Of a DNA stretch of 64,000 nucleotides, positions 20,295-29,794 are shown one piece after another. Each line of letters opens with the position of its first letter. Positions within the stretch are counted from its first letter, which is position 1. The stretch lies in NCBI GenBank assembly GCA_002403855.1, contig DHIO01000006.1, forward strand, positions 111,356-175,355. Reading direction: 5' to 3'. Origin of the DNA: Acidimicrobiia bacterium UBA4744. GTDB taxonomy: Bacteria; Actinomycetota; Acidimicrobiia; Spongiisociales; UBA4744. Position numbers and translations under genes: made by a program. The notes beneath the pieces are model-generated. The model did no database searches, was not told where the DNA came from, and saw only the letters and a program-made list of their open reading frames with translations.

Positions 20295-20810
20295 ATGGGA
20301 GTTGAGCTGACGAGGGCGCTGGTGTTGAACACCACCTACGAGCCGCTTTCGATCGTGACGTCCCGAAGGGCGGTAGTGCTCGTCATCAGCGACAAAGCGG
20401 ATGTCGTTGAGGCCCAGGACGCGCTGTGGCACGCCGAGCGGCTCTCTATTCAGGTTCCATCGGTGGTCAGACTCCGTCGGTTTGTCCGTGTCCCCTACCT
20501 GCGGCGGGTGCCGTTGACGAGGACGGCCGTGTTTGCCAGAGATGGCAACCGTTGCCAGTACTGCGGCCTTGCTGCTGATTGCCTGGATCATGTGATTCCC
20601 CGTTCGAAAGGCGGGACCCATACTTGGGAGAACGTCGTGGCTTGCTGTCGGTCGTGCAACGTCCGCAAAGCCGATCACTTCCTTCGGGAAACGTCGATGC
20701 AGCTGACCAGAAAGCCCGAGGTGCCCCGTCGCCACGATTGGGTCTACGCCAGCATCGGCTTCCCGGTCGACCCGGCCTGGCATCCCTACCTGCTGGCCCA
20801 CTCTGCGTGA
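20295..20810 (+). CDS. HNH endonuclease (McrA-like, actinobacterial conserved family)
   Basis: HNH motif CQYCG...HVIPRSKGGTHTWENVVACCRSCNVRKA. The start is taken at MGVELTRALVLNTTYEPL, with an alternative GTG at 20232. Confidence 0.8.
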   Translation: MGVELTRALVLNTTYEPLSIVTSRRAVVLVISDKADVVEAQDALWHAERLSIQVPSVVRLRRFVRVPYLRRVPLTRTAVFARDGNRCQYCGLAADCLDHVIPRSKGGTHTWENVVACCRSCNVRKADHFLRETSMQLTRKPEVPRRHDWVYASIGFPVDPAWHPYLLAHSA

Positions 20811-20986
20811 GATCGAAGCCTCGAGCACTGGGTGTCGGGTTTCAAGTAGGCAGGTGCCAGGTTCTCAAGGCTGAGGTTCCAGACTCCAAGCCCGGGCTCG
20901 GAGCCGATCGGCACAAGAGAGCGCGTGTCAGAGCGCTTCTGAACCCGAAGCGTGCAACCTGCAACTGGAAGCCTGCAACTCGAGAC

Positions 20987-21499
20987 CTATCGAACCAGAA
21001 CCACCGAGCAGGGGGCAAGCCGTGCCAGCTTGGTGCCGGTCGAACCGAGCAAACCCTCGAAACGGCCCCGTCCGTGCGTGCCGATGAGGAGGAGGTCGGC
21101 ATTGGTCTCCTCGATCAGCCGCAGGACTGCGGTAGAGGGAGCGTCGCTTTCACGGGCTACGACGGTCGGTGTGATCCCCTTCGACTCCAGGGCCTGCTTC
21201 ACACGATCCGTTCGTTTGGTCGCCTGATCATCGACGTAGCGGGCGATCATCGCGTCATCGCCGGGCCACTGCGACGTCAAGGTTCCGGCAGTGGGCTGTC
21301 CCACATACTCACTGTCTTCGTCGATCCTCGCCTTCGGGGGAGGAGTTCGATAGAACGAACGCAGCTCTATCAACAGGGTGCGGGGTACCTCAATCGCAGT
21401 CATCAGAGTCACCGAGTCCCCCTCCGCCAGGAGGCGGGCGGTCAGGTCTGCTGCGGTCTCAGGGTCGAGGTCGCCGTCGGTGGCGATGATCATATGCAT
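20987..21499 (-). CDS. universal stress protein (UspA family)
   Basis: 170 aa. Contains MHMIIATDG...LLLIGTHGRGRFEGLLGSTGTKLARLAPCSVVLVR, including the characteristic GSV C-terminal ATP-binding motif. Confidence 0.8.
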   Translation of the reverse strand: MHMIIATDGDLDPETAADLTARLLAEGDSVTLMTAIEVPRTLLIELRSFYRTPPPKARIDEDSEYVGQPTAGTLTSQWPGDDAMIARYVDDQATKRTDRVKQALESKGITPTVVARESDAPSTAVLRLIEETNADLLLIGTHGRGRFEGLLGSTGTKLARLAPCSVVLVR

Positions 21500-21654
21500 C
21501 TTGGCTGCTCCTTCGCGTGGGGACGAGGTTAGTGGAGTGCCCGATTCATTTGCCCGGGTTGAAGCGGATGGGTCTCCCGTGACGTGGTTCTTCCGTCCTT
21601 CAGATGAATGGCCGGCAGAGGTGGTGGATCCCGTCGGGAGTCGCCGGTGATCTG

Positions 21655-22398
21655 CTAGCCGTGGAACAATCGCACGGCAGTGTCGGTGGTGGCGGCCGCC
21701 ACCTCGTCGCAGGTCATCTGCCAGACGAGGGCGAGCGCGGCTCCGACCAGTCCGATGTTGGCCGGATCATTGGGCTTCTCCCGGTGGTGAGATGGGCAGA
21801 GGTGCGGTGCGTCTGTTTCCACCATCGCCCGATCAGGTGGCACCAAGGCCGCTCCTCGACGGATCATGTCGTCGGTTCCGAAGAGTACGGGACCGGCGAA
21901 CGAGAAGGTCACCCCCAGATCGAGGAAGCGACGGGCCCAATGCGGACCACCCGACCAACAGTGCATGATCACCCGTTCGCCGGTTCCGGTGTGCTGGATG
22001 ATCTCGTGGACCTCCCGGAAAGCGTCCCGGCAGTGCACGATGACGGGCTTGTCGAACTCGATGGCCAGATCGAGCAAGTCCCGGAAGGCAGTCAACTGGA
22101 CGTGCCGAGGGGCAAGGTTTCGGTAGAAGTCCAGGCCGGTTTCACCCACGGCGATTGCCTGGGGAACCAGCTCAGCGATCCTGTTTCGTTCTTCCGGCCA
22201 CCGTTCAGCCTGGTCCGGGTGCAAACCGGCCGCTGCGAATACTCGACCGGCGAACCGCCTAGCCAGGGCCAAAGCGGCTTGTGACGACGTGGCGTCCACT
22301 CCCGGCACCACCAGCCAGGAAACCTGAGGCGCCCTTTCCAGCATCGTGTCCGGCGCTTCGTCGACCAACTGCAAGTGGCAGTGAGAGTCGACCCACAC
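21655..22398 (-). CDS. tatD: TatD-family metal-dependent hydrolase/DNase
   Basis: A GTG start gives VWVDSHCHLQ, followed by the ETGLDFY and VIVHCRDA motifs and DAP near the C-terminus. The upstream part of the long ORF is non-genic. Confidence 0.8.
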   Translation of the reverse strand: MWVDSHCHLQLVDEAPDTMLERAPQVSWLVVPGVDATSSQAALALARRFAGRVFAAAGLHPDQAERWPEERNRIAELVPQAIAVGETGLDFYRNLAPRHVQLTAFRDLLDLAIEFDKPVIVHCRDAFREVHEIIQHTGTGERVIMHCWSGGPHWARRFLDLGVTFSFAGPVLFGTDDMIRRGAALVPPDRAMVETDAPHLCPSHHREKPNDPANIGLVGAALALVWQMTCDEVAAATTDTAVRLFHG

Positions 22399-22460
22399 GC
22401 GTGCGAAACGATTGCCCGCCGGTTCTCCGGCGTTCTGCTCCGGCCAATCCGATTGCAGGT

Positions 22461-22763
22461 TCACACTCCGCGCAGTGTGGTCCTCACCAACAGCGCCGCT
22501 CCGTGAGCGGCTCGATGCACCGTCAGGATGATCAGTCCGAGCGCGGCGGCCAGCAGAACCACGACCCGGGAGAGGAAGACCAGCCCGAGCAGTCCGGCCG
22601 AGGCGCCGAGGAACACTTTCCATGCCGAGCTGCAGAATGCCCCGCCCCCGCACAGATCCGCGATAGCGATCACGCCCAGCAGTCCCAGCAGGGATACGGC
22701 GGCGACCATCGGCACTGCGAAGGTCAGTCGAAAAAACCAACCGTTGTTCGTACGTTGTCGCAT
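22461..22763 (-). CDS. small membrane protein (3 predicted TM helices), hypothetical
   Basis: 100-aa hydrophobic ORF preceded by AAAGGAG 7 nt upstream of the ATG. Lies immediately downstream of the hydrogenase operon. Confidence 0.55.
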   Translation of the reverse strand: MRQRTNNGWFFRLTFAVPMVAAVSLLGLLGVIAIADLCGGGAFCSSAWKVFLGASAGLLGLVFLSRVVVLLAAALGLIILTVHRAAHGAALLVRTTLRGV

Positions 22764-22966
22764 CAGCTACTCCTTTGCGACGCCGTACGATCGCACGATT
22801 CGTTTTCGTGCCGCCGATTGGCTTCATCACCATGATATCACCCGACCGGCTGTTGCCCTAGGGTCACCTGGCCTCTTTGGAAAGAGACAGAGGTCCAACT
22901 GGATACCTGTCGTGACATCGAGCGGACCCGGACGTTGACACGATCGACGGCGATTCCCATTTTCCG

Positions 22967-23476
22967 TCACCCTTTCGAAGGAGCCGTCCGGGTCCGCTCG
23001 AAACCGAGTTCTGAGCGGGCGATTTCCTCTGCCCAGGATTCCCATGCTTCTGCTACGGGGGGCGTGAAACTCTCTCCGAAGGTGCTGGTCTCATCCACCG
23101 CCAGACCATGGATCACCACCTCCTGCGGCATCGGGATACCCAGCCTCTCACCCATCTCGAGCACTGCGCGGAACGGGAGTGTGTGGAACGACCGGTAGCC
23201 AAATCCGTGGGGTAGGTCCTCCGGCGTAGCCCGCAGGGTGGTGCCCGGCGGGAGATCCGAGGAAACGAAAGCATCGATGATGACCACGCGGTCGTAACCG
23301 CTCATGAGTGAAAGCAGATCAACGGTCGCCACGCAGGCTTCGGCGAACTCGGCCCGATCGCCCGCCAACGCTTCAACACGACGTACCGTTCGCAGGCCCA
23401 CCCCATCGTCGGACAGGATGTCATTGCCGAGCCCAAGCACCAAGGTGCGGGGCAGGGCACCTTGGTGGTCACTCAT
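22967..23476 (-). CDS. [NiFe] hydrogenase maturation endopeptidase
   Basis: LVLGLGNDILSDDGVGLRTV is the HybD/HoxW family motif. 169 aa, immediately downstream of the large subunit. Confidence 0.85.
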   Translation of the reverse strand: MSDHQGALPRTLVLGLGNDILSDDGVGLRTVRRVEALAGDRAEFAEACVATVDLLSLMSGYDRVVIIDAFVSSDLPPGTTLRATPEDLPHGFGYRSFHTLPFRAVLEMGERLGIPMPQEVVIHGLAVDETSTFGESFTPPVAEAWESWAEEIARSELGFERTRTAPSKG

Positions 23477-23484
23477 CCGACGTC

Positions 23485-24948
23485 CTAGTCGCGTACCCGG
23501 TGGGCGATGATCTCACCTCGCGGGTCGCGAACGGTCACCTCCATCGGCATCTGACCGGGCAGGGAATGAGTAGCGCACGCCATGCAGGGGTCGTACGCCC
23601 GGAACGCCATCTCGATCATGTTGAGAACCCCGTCGGAGATCTCTGCCGTCTTCTCGAGAAGACCCTTGGCCGCTTTCTTGATCGAGAGGTTGATGGCAGC
23701 GTTGTTGTTGGTGGTCCCGACGATCAAGTTGACGGCGGTGAGGATCCCATCCTCATCGGTCTTGTAGTGATGGATGAGGGTCCCTCTGGGAGCCTCCACC
23801 ACCCCTACCCCTTCGTCGGGGGTCTCCGTTGGAAGGGTCCGAATGTCGGGGTTGGTGATCTCCGGATCGCGCGCCAGGGCGTAAGCGGTTTCGGCCGCGT
23901 TCACCAGCTCGATGACGCGAGCCCAGTGGTAGGCCAGTGTGAAATGGACGGGCCGTCCACCCAGGGTGTCCATCATCCGCTCGTACTGTTCCTGGGCAAG
24001 CGGCGTCGACATTCCGTCGGCGACGTTCAATCTCGCCAGGGGAGCAGCCCGATAGACCCCGCTATCTTGGCCGTCGGTCATTCCGCTCCAGCCGCGTGCC
24101 TTGAGGTATGGAACCTTGAGGTACGTCCAAGGCTCAACTCGCTCTTCGACGTGATCGAGGTATTCATTGGGTCGAAACCGGGCTATCTCGGCGCCTTCCG
24201 TATCCACGATTCGGATGTGACCGTCGTAGTAGTCGGGCTGGTTGTCCTCATTTACGAGGCCCATGTAGTGGGTTTCGTGCCGGAAGGTGTCGCCGGTGAT
24301 CAAGTCGACATACGCAGGATTCGCCAGGACGACGTCCTCCAGGATCTTCACCGTGAACTTGCCGAATTCCACCAACTCGGCGGTGATTTCCTCAGCCGTC
24401 TGCCGTTCGTCTTCGGATAAGCCGCGGGTGACGCCGCCGGGCAGGGAGGTCACCTGGTGAATGGAACGCCCCCCGAGCAGCTTGATGAGCTCCTGAGCGC
24501 GAGCGCGACTCTTGATAACCGTCTTACCGGTTTCGATGCCAACCTTCTGGATCAACCCGAAGATATTGCGTTCCGCCACTGGTGCGGTGGGACCCACCAC
24601 GAAGTCGGGACCACCGAGGATGTAGAAATGGACCGAGTGGTCGGCGACGAAGAACGTGTTGTAGAGCAGACGGCGGAGTTTCTTGGCGGTCTCCGGCGGA
24701 TCGACGTGGTAGACCGCGTCGGCTGCCTTGGCGCTGGCCATGTGGTGGGCCTCAGGGCATACCCCGCAGATGCGGGTCGTGATGCGCGGCAGCTCCTCCA
24801 CCGGCCGGCCGACGCAGAACTCCTCGAAGCCTCGCAGCTCGGGGATGCGCAGGTAGGCATTGTCCACGTGCCCGTCGTCGTCCATGAAGATATCGATCCG
24901 GCCGTGGCCCTCCAGGCGGGTGATCGGGTCGATGGAGATCGTCTTCAT
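23485..24948 (-). CDS. mvhA: [NiFe] hydrogenase large subunit, group 3 (MvhA-like)
   Basis: Start MKTISIDPITRLEGHG. The N-terminal Ni-binding motif is RICGVCPEAH and the C-terminal motif is DPCMACATH. About 487 aa, preceded by a GGGAGGG RBS. The long ORF extension above 24948 overlaps the small-subunit gene and is not coding. Confidence 0.9.
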   Translation of the reverse strand: MKTISIDPITRLEGHGRIDIFMDDDGHVDNAYLRIPELRGFEEFCVGRPVEELPRITTRICGVCPEAHHMASAKAADAVYHVDPPETAKKLRRLLYNTFFVADHSVHFYILGGPDFVVGPTAPVAERNIFGLIQKVGIETGKTVIKSRARAQELIKLLGGRSIHQVTSLPGGVTRGLSEDERQTAEEITAELVEFGKFTVKILEDVVLANPAYVDLITGDTFRHETHYMGLVNEDNQPDYYDGHIRIVDTEGAEIARFRPNEYLDHVEERVEPWTYLKVPYLKARGWSGMTDGQDSGVYRAAPLARLNVADGMSTPLAQEQYERMMDTLGGRPVHFTLAYHWARVIELVNAAETAYALARDPEITNPDIRTLPTETPDEGVGVVEAPRGTLIHHYKTDEDGILTAVNLIVGTTNNNAAINLSIKKAAKGLLEKTAEISDGVLNMIEMAFRAYDPCMACATHSLPGQMPMEVTVRDPRGEIIAHRVRD

Positions 24949-25934
24949 GGTTGAACCCTCCCGAAGGTGGAGTGCGGCAGGCTGAATCTGTGGAACGTTC
25001 CCACGGGATCGGCGATCTGGTCGAGAATCGCTTGGATTTCGGTCGCTTCGGTGGCGTCGACAACCGAGGCGAGAGCCGACATCATGTTGAGGCCTTGATC
25101 CCGCACGTTGGGAGGCGGGCCGTAGCAACCCCGGCAGGGGCTGCCGGCACCGACACAGAGCCCTCCGCAACCGGACCGGGTGGCGGGGCCCATGCACACG
25201 ATGCCCTGATCGAGCAGGCACAGCTCGGGATCGGCGATGATCTGATGGGGCCGGACGAACTCCTTGATCCGCTTCTCTTCCCGGGTGCGCAAACACTCCT
25301 CGCAGACTGTCTGGTCCCCGGCGCCGATCACGGCTCCCGGTGGCGGCAACGGCCCCCCCGAGACGATCAACTCGATGACCTCCCAAATGCGATGCGCCTC
25401 GGGTGGGCACCCCGGAATGAAGTAATCGACGTCGACCACCTGATCGAGAGTCTTGACCGACTCGAAGAATGTGGGAAGCGACACCTGCCCTTCCGGTAAG
25501 TCCCAAATGGTCTGGGGCTCGACTCGATCTGGATTCACAGTTGAAGGCGACGCGTGATATGCGGCGTTGAAGATCGCCTCCTTGGTAGTGGCGTTGGCCA
25601 GCCCGGGAATGCAGCCTTCCATGGCGCAGGACCCGAAGGCAACCAGAGTCTTGGACTTCTCCCTGAGGACCTGGGCCAGGTGCTCGTTCTCCGAGGTTCT
25701 GATGGCGCCGTTGAACAAGCACAAATCGATGCTGTCCGGTTCCATGCCTTCCACATCGGCGTACTTGACGTCCATGGCCACCGGCCAGAAGACCAGGTCG
25801 AAGTTGGCCGGTACCTCGAGCACCTTCTCATGGAGTTCGAGGATGGCGATCTCGCAGCCGCCACAGCTGGCCGCCCAGTACAGCGCCAGCTTGGGCTTGG
25901 TGGCCGTCTGCCCGGCGACGTCCTGCATGGTCAT
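24945..25934 (-). CDS. mvhG: [NiFe] hydrogenase small subunit, group 3 (MvhG-like)
   Basis: ALYWAASCGGCEIAIL proximal-cluster motif, CMGPATRSGCGGLCVGAGSPCRGCYGP distal-cluster motif, and a ferredoxin-like C-terminus. 329 aa. There is a 4-nt overlap with the large-subunit start. Confidence 0.85.
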   Translation of the reverse strand: MTMQDVAGQTATKPKLALYWAASCGGCEIAILELHEKVLEVPANFDLVFWPVAMDVKYADVEGMEPDSIDLCLFNGAIRTSENEHLAQVLREKSKTLVAFGSCAMEGCIPGLANATTKEAIFNAAYHASPSTVNPDRVEPQTIWDLPEGQVSLPTFFESVKTLDQVVDVDYFIPGCPPEAHRIWEVIELIVSGGPLPPPGAVIGAGDQTVCEECLRTREEKRIKEFVRPHQIIADPELCLLDQGIVCMGPATRSGCGGLCVGAGSPCRGCYGPPPNVRDQGLNMMSALASVVDATEATEIQAILDQIADPVGTFHRFSLPHSTFGRVQP

Positions 25935-25962
25935 GGCTTGCCCTTTCCTCTCGATCCGGGTG

Positions 25963-26379
25963 TCATTGCTTCAGCTCCAACGGTCCTAGCTCGCGGATCC
26001 TGTTCTCCATCTCCCAGCTCACCTTGCTGTACTTGTCGCCTTCAGATGCCGAGATCCATTCCAGCCGGAGACGTTCTTCGTCGATACCGAACCCACCGAG
26101 CAGCTTCTTCATCATCAGCGTTCGGCGCAGGCATAGGTAGTTGCCCTCTGAGTAGTGGCAATCGCCGGGGTGGCAGCCGGCCAGCAAGACACCGTCGGCG
26201 CCGGATTTGAGCGCGGTGAAGACGAAACCGGGGTCGATCCTCCCCGAGCACATAACCCGGATCGGGCGGAGGGTGGGCGACGACTGTATGCGCGATACAC
26301 CGGCCAGATCGGCACCCGAGTAGGCGCACCAATTGCACAAGAATCCAACGATCTTGGGATTGAATCCGTTCTCCGGCAT
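25963..26379 (-). CDS. mvhD: MvhD-like hydrogenase iron-sulfur subunit (Hdr/Mvh electron-transfer adaptor)
   Basis: The internal start MPENGFNPKIVGFLCNWCAYSGADLAG...RVMCSGRIDPGFV is the MvhD signature. A GGAGGA RBS lies upstream, and the gene begins 11 nt after the hdrA stop. Confidence 0.8.
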   Translation of the reverse strand: MPENGFNPKIVGFLCNWCAYSGADLAGVSRIQSSPTLRPIRVMCSGRIDPGFVFTALKSGADGVLLAGCHPGDCHYSEGNYLCLRRTLMMKKLLGGFGIDEERLRLEWISASEGDKYSKVSWEMENRIRELGPLELKQ

Positions 26380-26389
26380 AGGTTTCCTC

Positions 26390-29300
26390 CTAGACGGCCA
26401 GCAGGCCGCCGATCTCCGCGTAGATCTGTTGGTCGGTGAATCCTGCACCGACGATGGCCGAGGCCGGGCAAGCGGCCACACAGATGCCGCAGCCCTTGCA
26501 CAAGGCCTCTTCGACCCGAGCCACCTTCTTGTCCTCGACCCAGGAGATGGCGTTGTACGGGCAGAGGGCGTTGCACACCCGGCATCCGCCACACAACTCC
26601 TCCTGCACTTCGGCTTTGATCGGATCGATCGTCATCTCGCCCCGGGCCATCCATCCCAGCATCTTCGACGCCGCCGCCGAAGCTTGGGCGACGGTGTCGG
26701 GGATGTCCTTCGGTCCCTGGGCGCAGCCGGCTATGTAGATCCCGTCGCTGGCCGTGCCGATGGGGTCTAGTTTCGGGTGTCGCTCCAGGAGGAACCCGTC
26801 GGCGCTCTGGCTGAGGTGCAGCAGCTGGCGAAGCTCTTCGGAACCGTCGCTCGGCACCATGGCCGGGCAAAGGATCACCAGGTCGACCGGGACCTCGCGC
26901 CGTACTCCCAGCAGGGTGTCTTCGGCTTTCACCAGCAGTTTCCCCGGACTTCCCTCGGGAGCTTCGATCACCTCGGCCACCTTGCCGCGCACCATCGTGG
27001 TGCCCTCGTCCATGATGCGGGTGTAGAACTCTTCATAGCCTTTCCCGAAGGCCCGCATGTCGATGTAGAACTGGTAGACCTCGGCCTCGGTCCTCTCCCG
27101 CACGAGATGGGCGAATTTGAGTGCATACATGCAGCACACCCGGGAGCAGTAGCGGTTGTAGTTCTCGTCCCGGGAACCGACGCAGTGGAGGATCGCCACC
27201 GAGCGGGGTGCCTCCCCGTCGATCAAGACCTTGCCGTCCGTCGGTCCGGTAGAGGAGAGCATCCGTTCGAACTCGAGACCGGTTATCACGTTCTCCAAAC
27301 GCCCGTAGCCGTACTGAGGAATGACGCTCGGGTCGAACTGCTTGTAGCCGGTGGAGACCATGATCTGACCCACGTCGAGATGGTCCACCTCGTCCTTCAT
27401 GGAGTGATCAACGGCACCGGGCTTGCAGGCATCGACACACTGGTAGCAGTCGACGCATACTCCACAGTGCAGACAGCGCTGTGCCTCGGCCACGGCCTGC
27501 TCTTCGGTGAAACCGAGTTCGACCTCGTCCCAACCGCCGATTCTTGTTTCAGCCTCCAGCTTGGGCATCTGAGTGCGGGGCACTCTCTCGATCTCTTCAT
27601 ATGGTTTTGAGTACCGGTGCGGTCGGCCCTCGACCCGGGGAATCTCGGCCGGCACCTGATGCGTTTCGAAGCCCTCGAGAGGTTGTCCGCGTAGGTACTT
27701 GTCGATTGCCTCAGCGGCTCGTTTTCCGGCTCCCATAGCGGCGACGACAGTCGCCGGTCCCGATACGGCATCGCCGCCGGCGAAAACACCGGGGAGGTTG
27801 GTGGCAAAGGTCTCCGCGTCGACGTCCAACGTTCCCCACGGGGAAAGCTGCATCTCTCCGGCGCCGGGGTCGTCTTCGAGGTAGTCGAGATCGGCGCGCT
27901 GCCCAATGGAGGCAACCACCATGTCGAAGCCCAGGTCGTGCTCCGACCCCTCGATGGGGATCGGTCGGCGCCTGCCCGTATCGTCTGGTTCCCCGAGCTC
28001 CATCTCGATGACCCGGAGGCCGGTGACTTTGCCGTCCTTGCCGAGCACTTCGACCGGTGCCCGGAGGAACAGGAAGCGAATGCCCTCGGTCTCGGCATCG
28101 ATGGCTTCGTGCTCCTCGCAAGGCATTTCCACCCGGGTACGCCGGTAGACCACCGTGACCTCTTCGGCGCCTTCCCGCAAGATCGTGCGGGCCACGTCGA
28201 TTCCGCAGTTGCCGCCCCCGATCACCGCCACCTTCCGGCCCACAGGCTGCGATTCTCCTAGTGCTTTGTTGTGGAGGAACTGCACGGCGTCCACCACTCC
28301 GTCGAGGTCCTCGCCCGGCACGTGCATGGCGATACCGCGATGCGCCCCGGTAGCGACGAAGATCGCTCCGTACCCGGTTTCCCGGAGTTGCTCGAGCGTG
28401 ACGTCACGTCCGAAGGCGACGCCGGTTTGAAACTCGACACCCATGCGACGGATGAAGTCGATGTCCTGTTGCAGCTGCTCGCGAGGCAGGCGGTAGGCCG
28501 GGATGCCGAGGGCGAGCATACCTCCCAAGACTTCTTCCCGTTCGTAGACGGTGGACTGGTAGCCGCGTTGCGCCAGATTGTGGGCACAGGCCAGACCGGC
28601 CGGGCCACTTCCCACGATCGCGACTTTCTCGCTGTGGCGGACCGGCGGTTCGGGGACCTTGACCTCGCCGTTGTGCTGAGCCTCCCAGTCCAGGGCGAAC
28701 CGTTTGAGGTGCTGGATGGCGATCGGCTCTTCCACGAAGCCGCGGTTGCACTGTTCTTCGCACGGGTGGTAGCAGACCCGCCCGCATACCACGGGCAGCG
28801 GGTTGGATTTGCGGATCAGTTGGGCCGCCTCGGCGAATCGCCCGTCACCGATGAGAGCCACATATCCGGCTGCCTCTTGGCCGATCGGGCAGGCCGACCA
28901 ACAAGGTGGGCGTTCGTCCTTTTCGATGAGATAGCTGTTGGGGATCGCTTGTGGGAAGGTCTTGTGGATAGCTGTGCGCGACGCCATGCCCATGTCGAAG
29001 ATGCTGGGCACTGTGACCGGACACACTGCGATGCAGTCCTGGCACGAGGTGCACGCGTCGGTGACGTAACGGGCCCGCTTGCGTACTCGAACTCGGAAGT
29101 TGCCGGCATAGCCGGAGACCTCCTCGATGTCGGACATGGAGAGGATCTGAACATTCTCAGTTTGGGCAACCGAGACCATCTTGGGGGTCAGGATGCAGGA
29201 CGAGCAGTCCAGGGTTGGGAAGGTCTTGTCGAAACGAGCCATGTTGCCGCCGATGGTCGAGTCCCGCTCCACGAGGTAGACCTGGTTGCCCCCCTGGGCC

Positions 29301-29794
29301 AGGTCGAGAGCGGCCTGGATGCCGGCGATCCCGGCCCCGATGACCATCGTGTCCGGGTAGATGGGAGCCTCGGAGGCGAACAGAGGCTCCTGGTGAACGA
29401 CCCGCTCGATGGCGGCATTGCAGAGGGCTATCGCCTTGCCGGTTGCCGCCGCCGGATCGGAGTGGATCCACGCGCAGTGCTCCCGCACGTTGACCATCTG
29501 GAAGAGGTACGGGTTGAGTCCGGTGCGACCTACCGCCCCGCGGAAGGTGAGCTCATGCATCATGGGTGAGCAGGCGGCCACCACCACCCGATCGAGCCCC
29601 TGCTCACGAATGTCCTGCTCGATGAGATCTTGTCCGGGTTCCGAACACATGAACTGGTAGTTGCGGGACACAGACACGCCCGGCAGGCCGGATACGTAGT
29701 CGGAGACCTCGTCCACGTTCACCGTGCCGGCGATGTTCGTACCGCAGTGGCACACGTAGAAGCCGACCTTTGGTTTTCCTTCGTCACTCATCAC
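26390..29794 (-). CDS. hdrA: HdrA-like flavoprotein (CoB-CoM heterodisulfide reductase subunit A family) carrying an inserted GltD/NfnB/SudA-like NAD(P)H-binding module
   Basis: 1134 aa. N-terminus KVGFYVCHCGTNIAG and the FAD site MVIGAGIAGIQAALDLAQ match HdrA. Residues about 330-700 carry a GltD-like Fe-S region (VCGRVCYHPCEEQCNRG) plus two Rossmann folds (KVAIVGSGPAGLACAH, KVAVIGGGNCGIDVA). The C-terminal half contains several CxxCxxCxxxCP ferredoxin motifs, as in HdrA. Confidence 0.8.
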   Translation of the reverse strand: MMSDEGKPKVGFYVCHCGTNIAGTVNVDEVSDYVSGLPGVSVSRNYQFMCSEPGQDLIEQDIREQGLDRVVVAACSPMMHELTFRGAVGRTGLNPYLFQMVNVREHCAWIHSDPAAATGKAIALCNAAIERVVHQEPLFASEAPIYPDTMVIGAGIAGIQAALDLAQGGNQVYLVERDSTIGGNMARFDKTFPTLDCSSCILTPKMVSVAQTENVQILSMSDIEEVSGYAGNFRVRVRKRARYVTDACTSCQDCIAVCPVTVPSIFDMGMASRTAIHKTFPQAIPNSYLIEKDERPPCWSACPIGQEAAGYVALIGDGRFAEAAQLIRKSNPLPVVCGRVCYHPCEEQCNRGFVEEPIAIQHLKRFALDWEAQHNGEVKVPEPPVRHSEKVAIVGSGPAGLACAHNLAQRGYQSTVYEREEVLGGMLALGIPAYRLPREQLQQDIDFIRRMGVEFQTGVAFGRDVTLEQLRETGYGAIFVATGAHRGIAMHVPGEDLDGVVDAVQFLHNKALGESQPVGRKVAVIGGGNCGIDVARTILREGAEEVTVVYRRTRVEMPCEEHEAIDAETEGIRFLFLRAPVEVLGKDGKVTGLRVIEMELGEPDDTGRRRPIPIEGSEHDLGFDMVVASIGQRADLDYLEDDPGAGEMQLSPWGTLDVDAETFATNLPGVFAGGDAVSGPATVVAAMGAGKRAAEAIDKYLRGQPLEGFETHQVPAEIPRVEGRPHRYSKPYEEIERVPRTQMPKLEAETRIGGWDEVELGFTEEQAVAEAQRCLHCGVCVDCYQCVDACKPGAVDHSMKDEVDHLDVGQIMVSTGYKQFDPSVIPQYGYGRLENVITGLEFERMLSSTGPTDGKVLIDGEAPRSVAILHCVGSRDENYNRYCSRVCCMYALKFAHLVRERTEAEVYQFYIDMRAFGKGYEEFYTRIMDEGTTMVRGKVAEVIEAPEGSPGKLLVKAEDTLLGVRREVPVDLVILCPAMVPSDGSEELRQLLHLSQSADGFLLERHPKLDPIGTASDGIYIAGCAQGPKDIPDTVAQASAAASKMLGWMARGEMTIDPIKAEVQEELCGGCRVCNALCPYNAISWVEDKKVARVEEALCKGCGICVAACPASAIVGAGFTDQQIYAEIGGLLAV

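Noticed and set aside
22764-22966. Candidate palindromes (CGTACGATCG..., GTTGACACGATCG) downstream of the hydrogenase operon.
   Set aside because: On checking, the sequences are not true reverse complements. They are most likely just the 3' UTR and promoter of the small membrane gene.
26390-29794. Possibility that HdrA or the hydrogenase large subunit uses selenocysteine (in-frame TGA).
   Set aside because: No in-frame stop codons occur in either gene. The relevant positions encode Cys.
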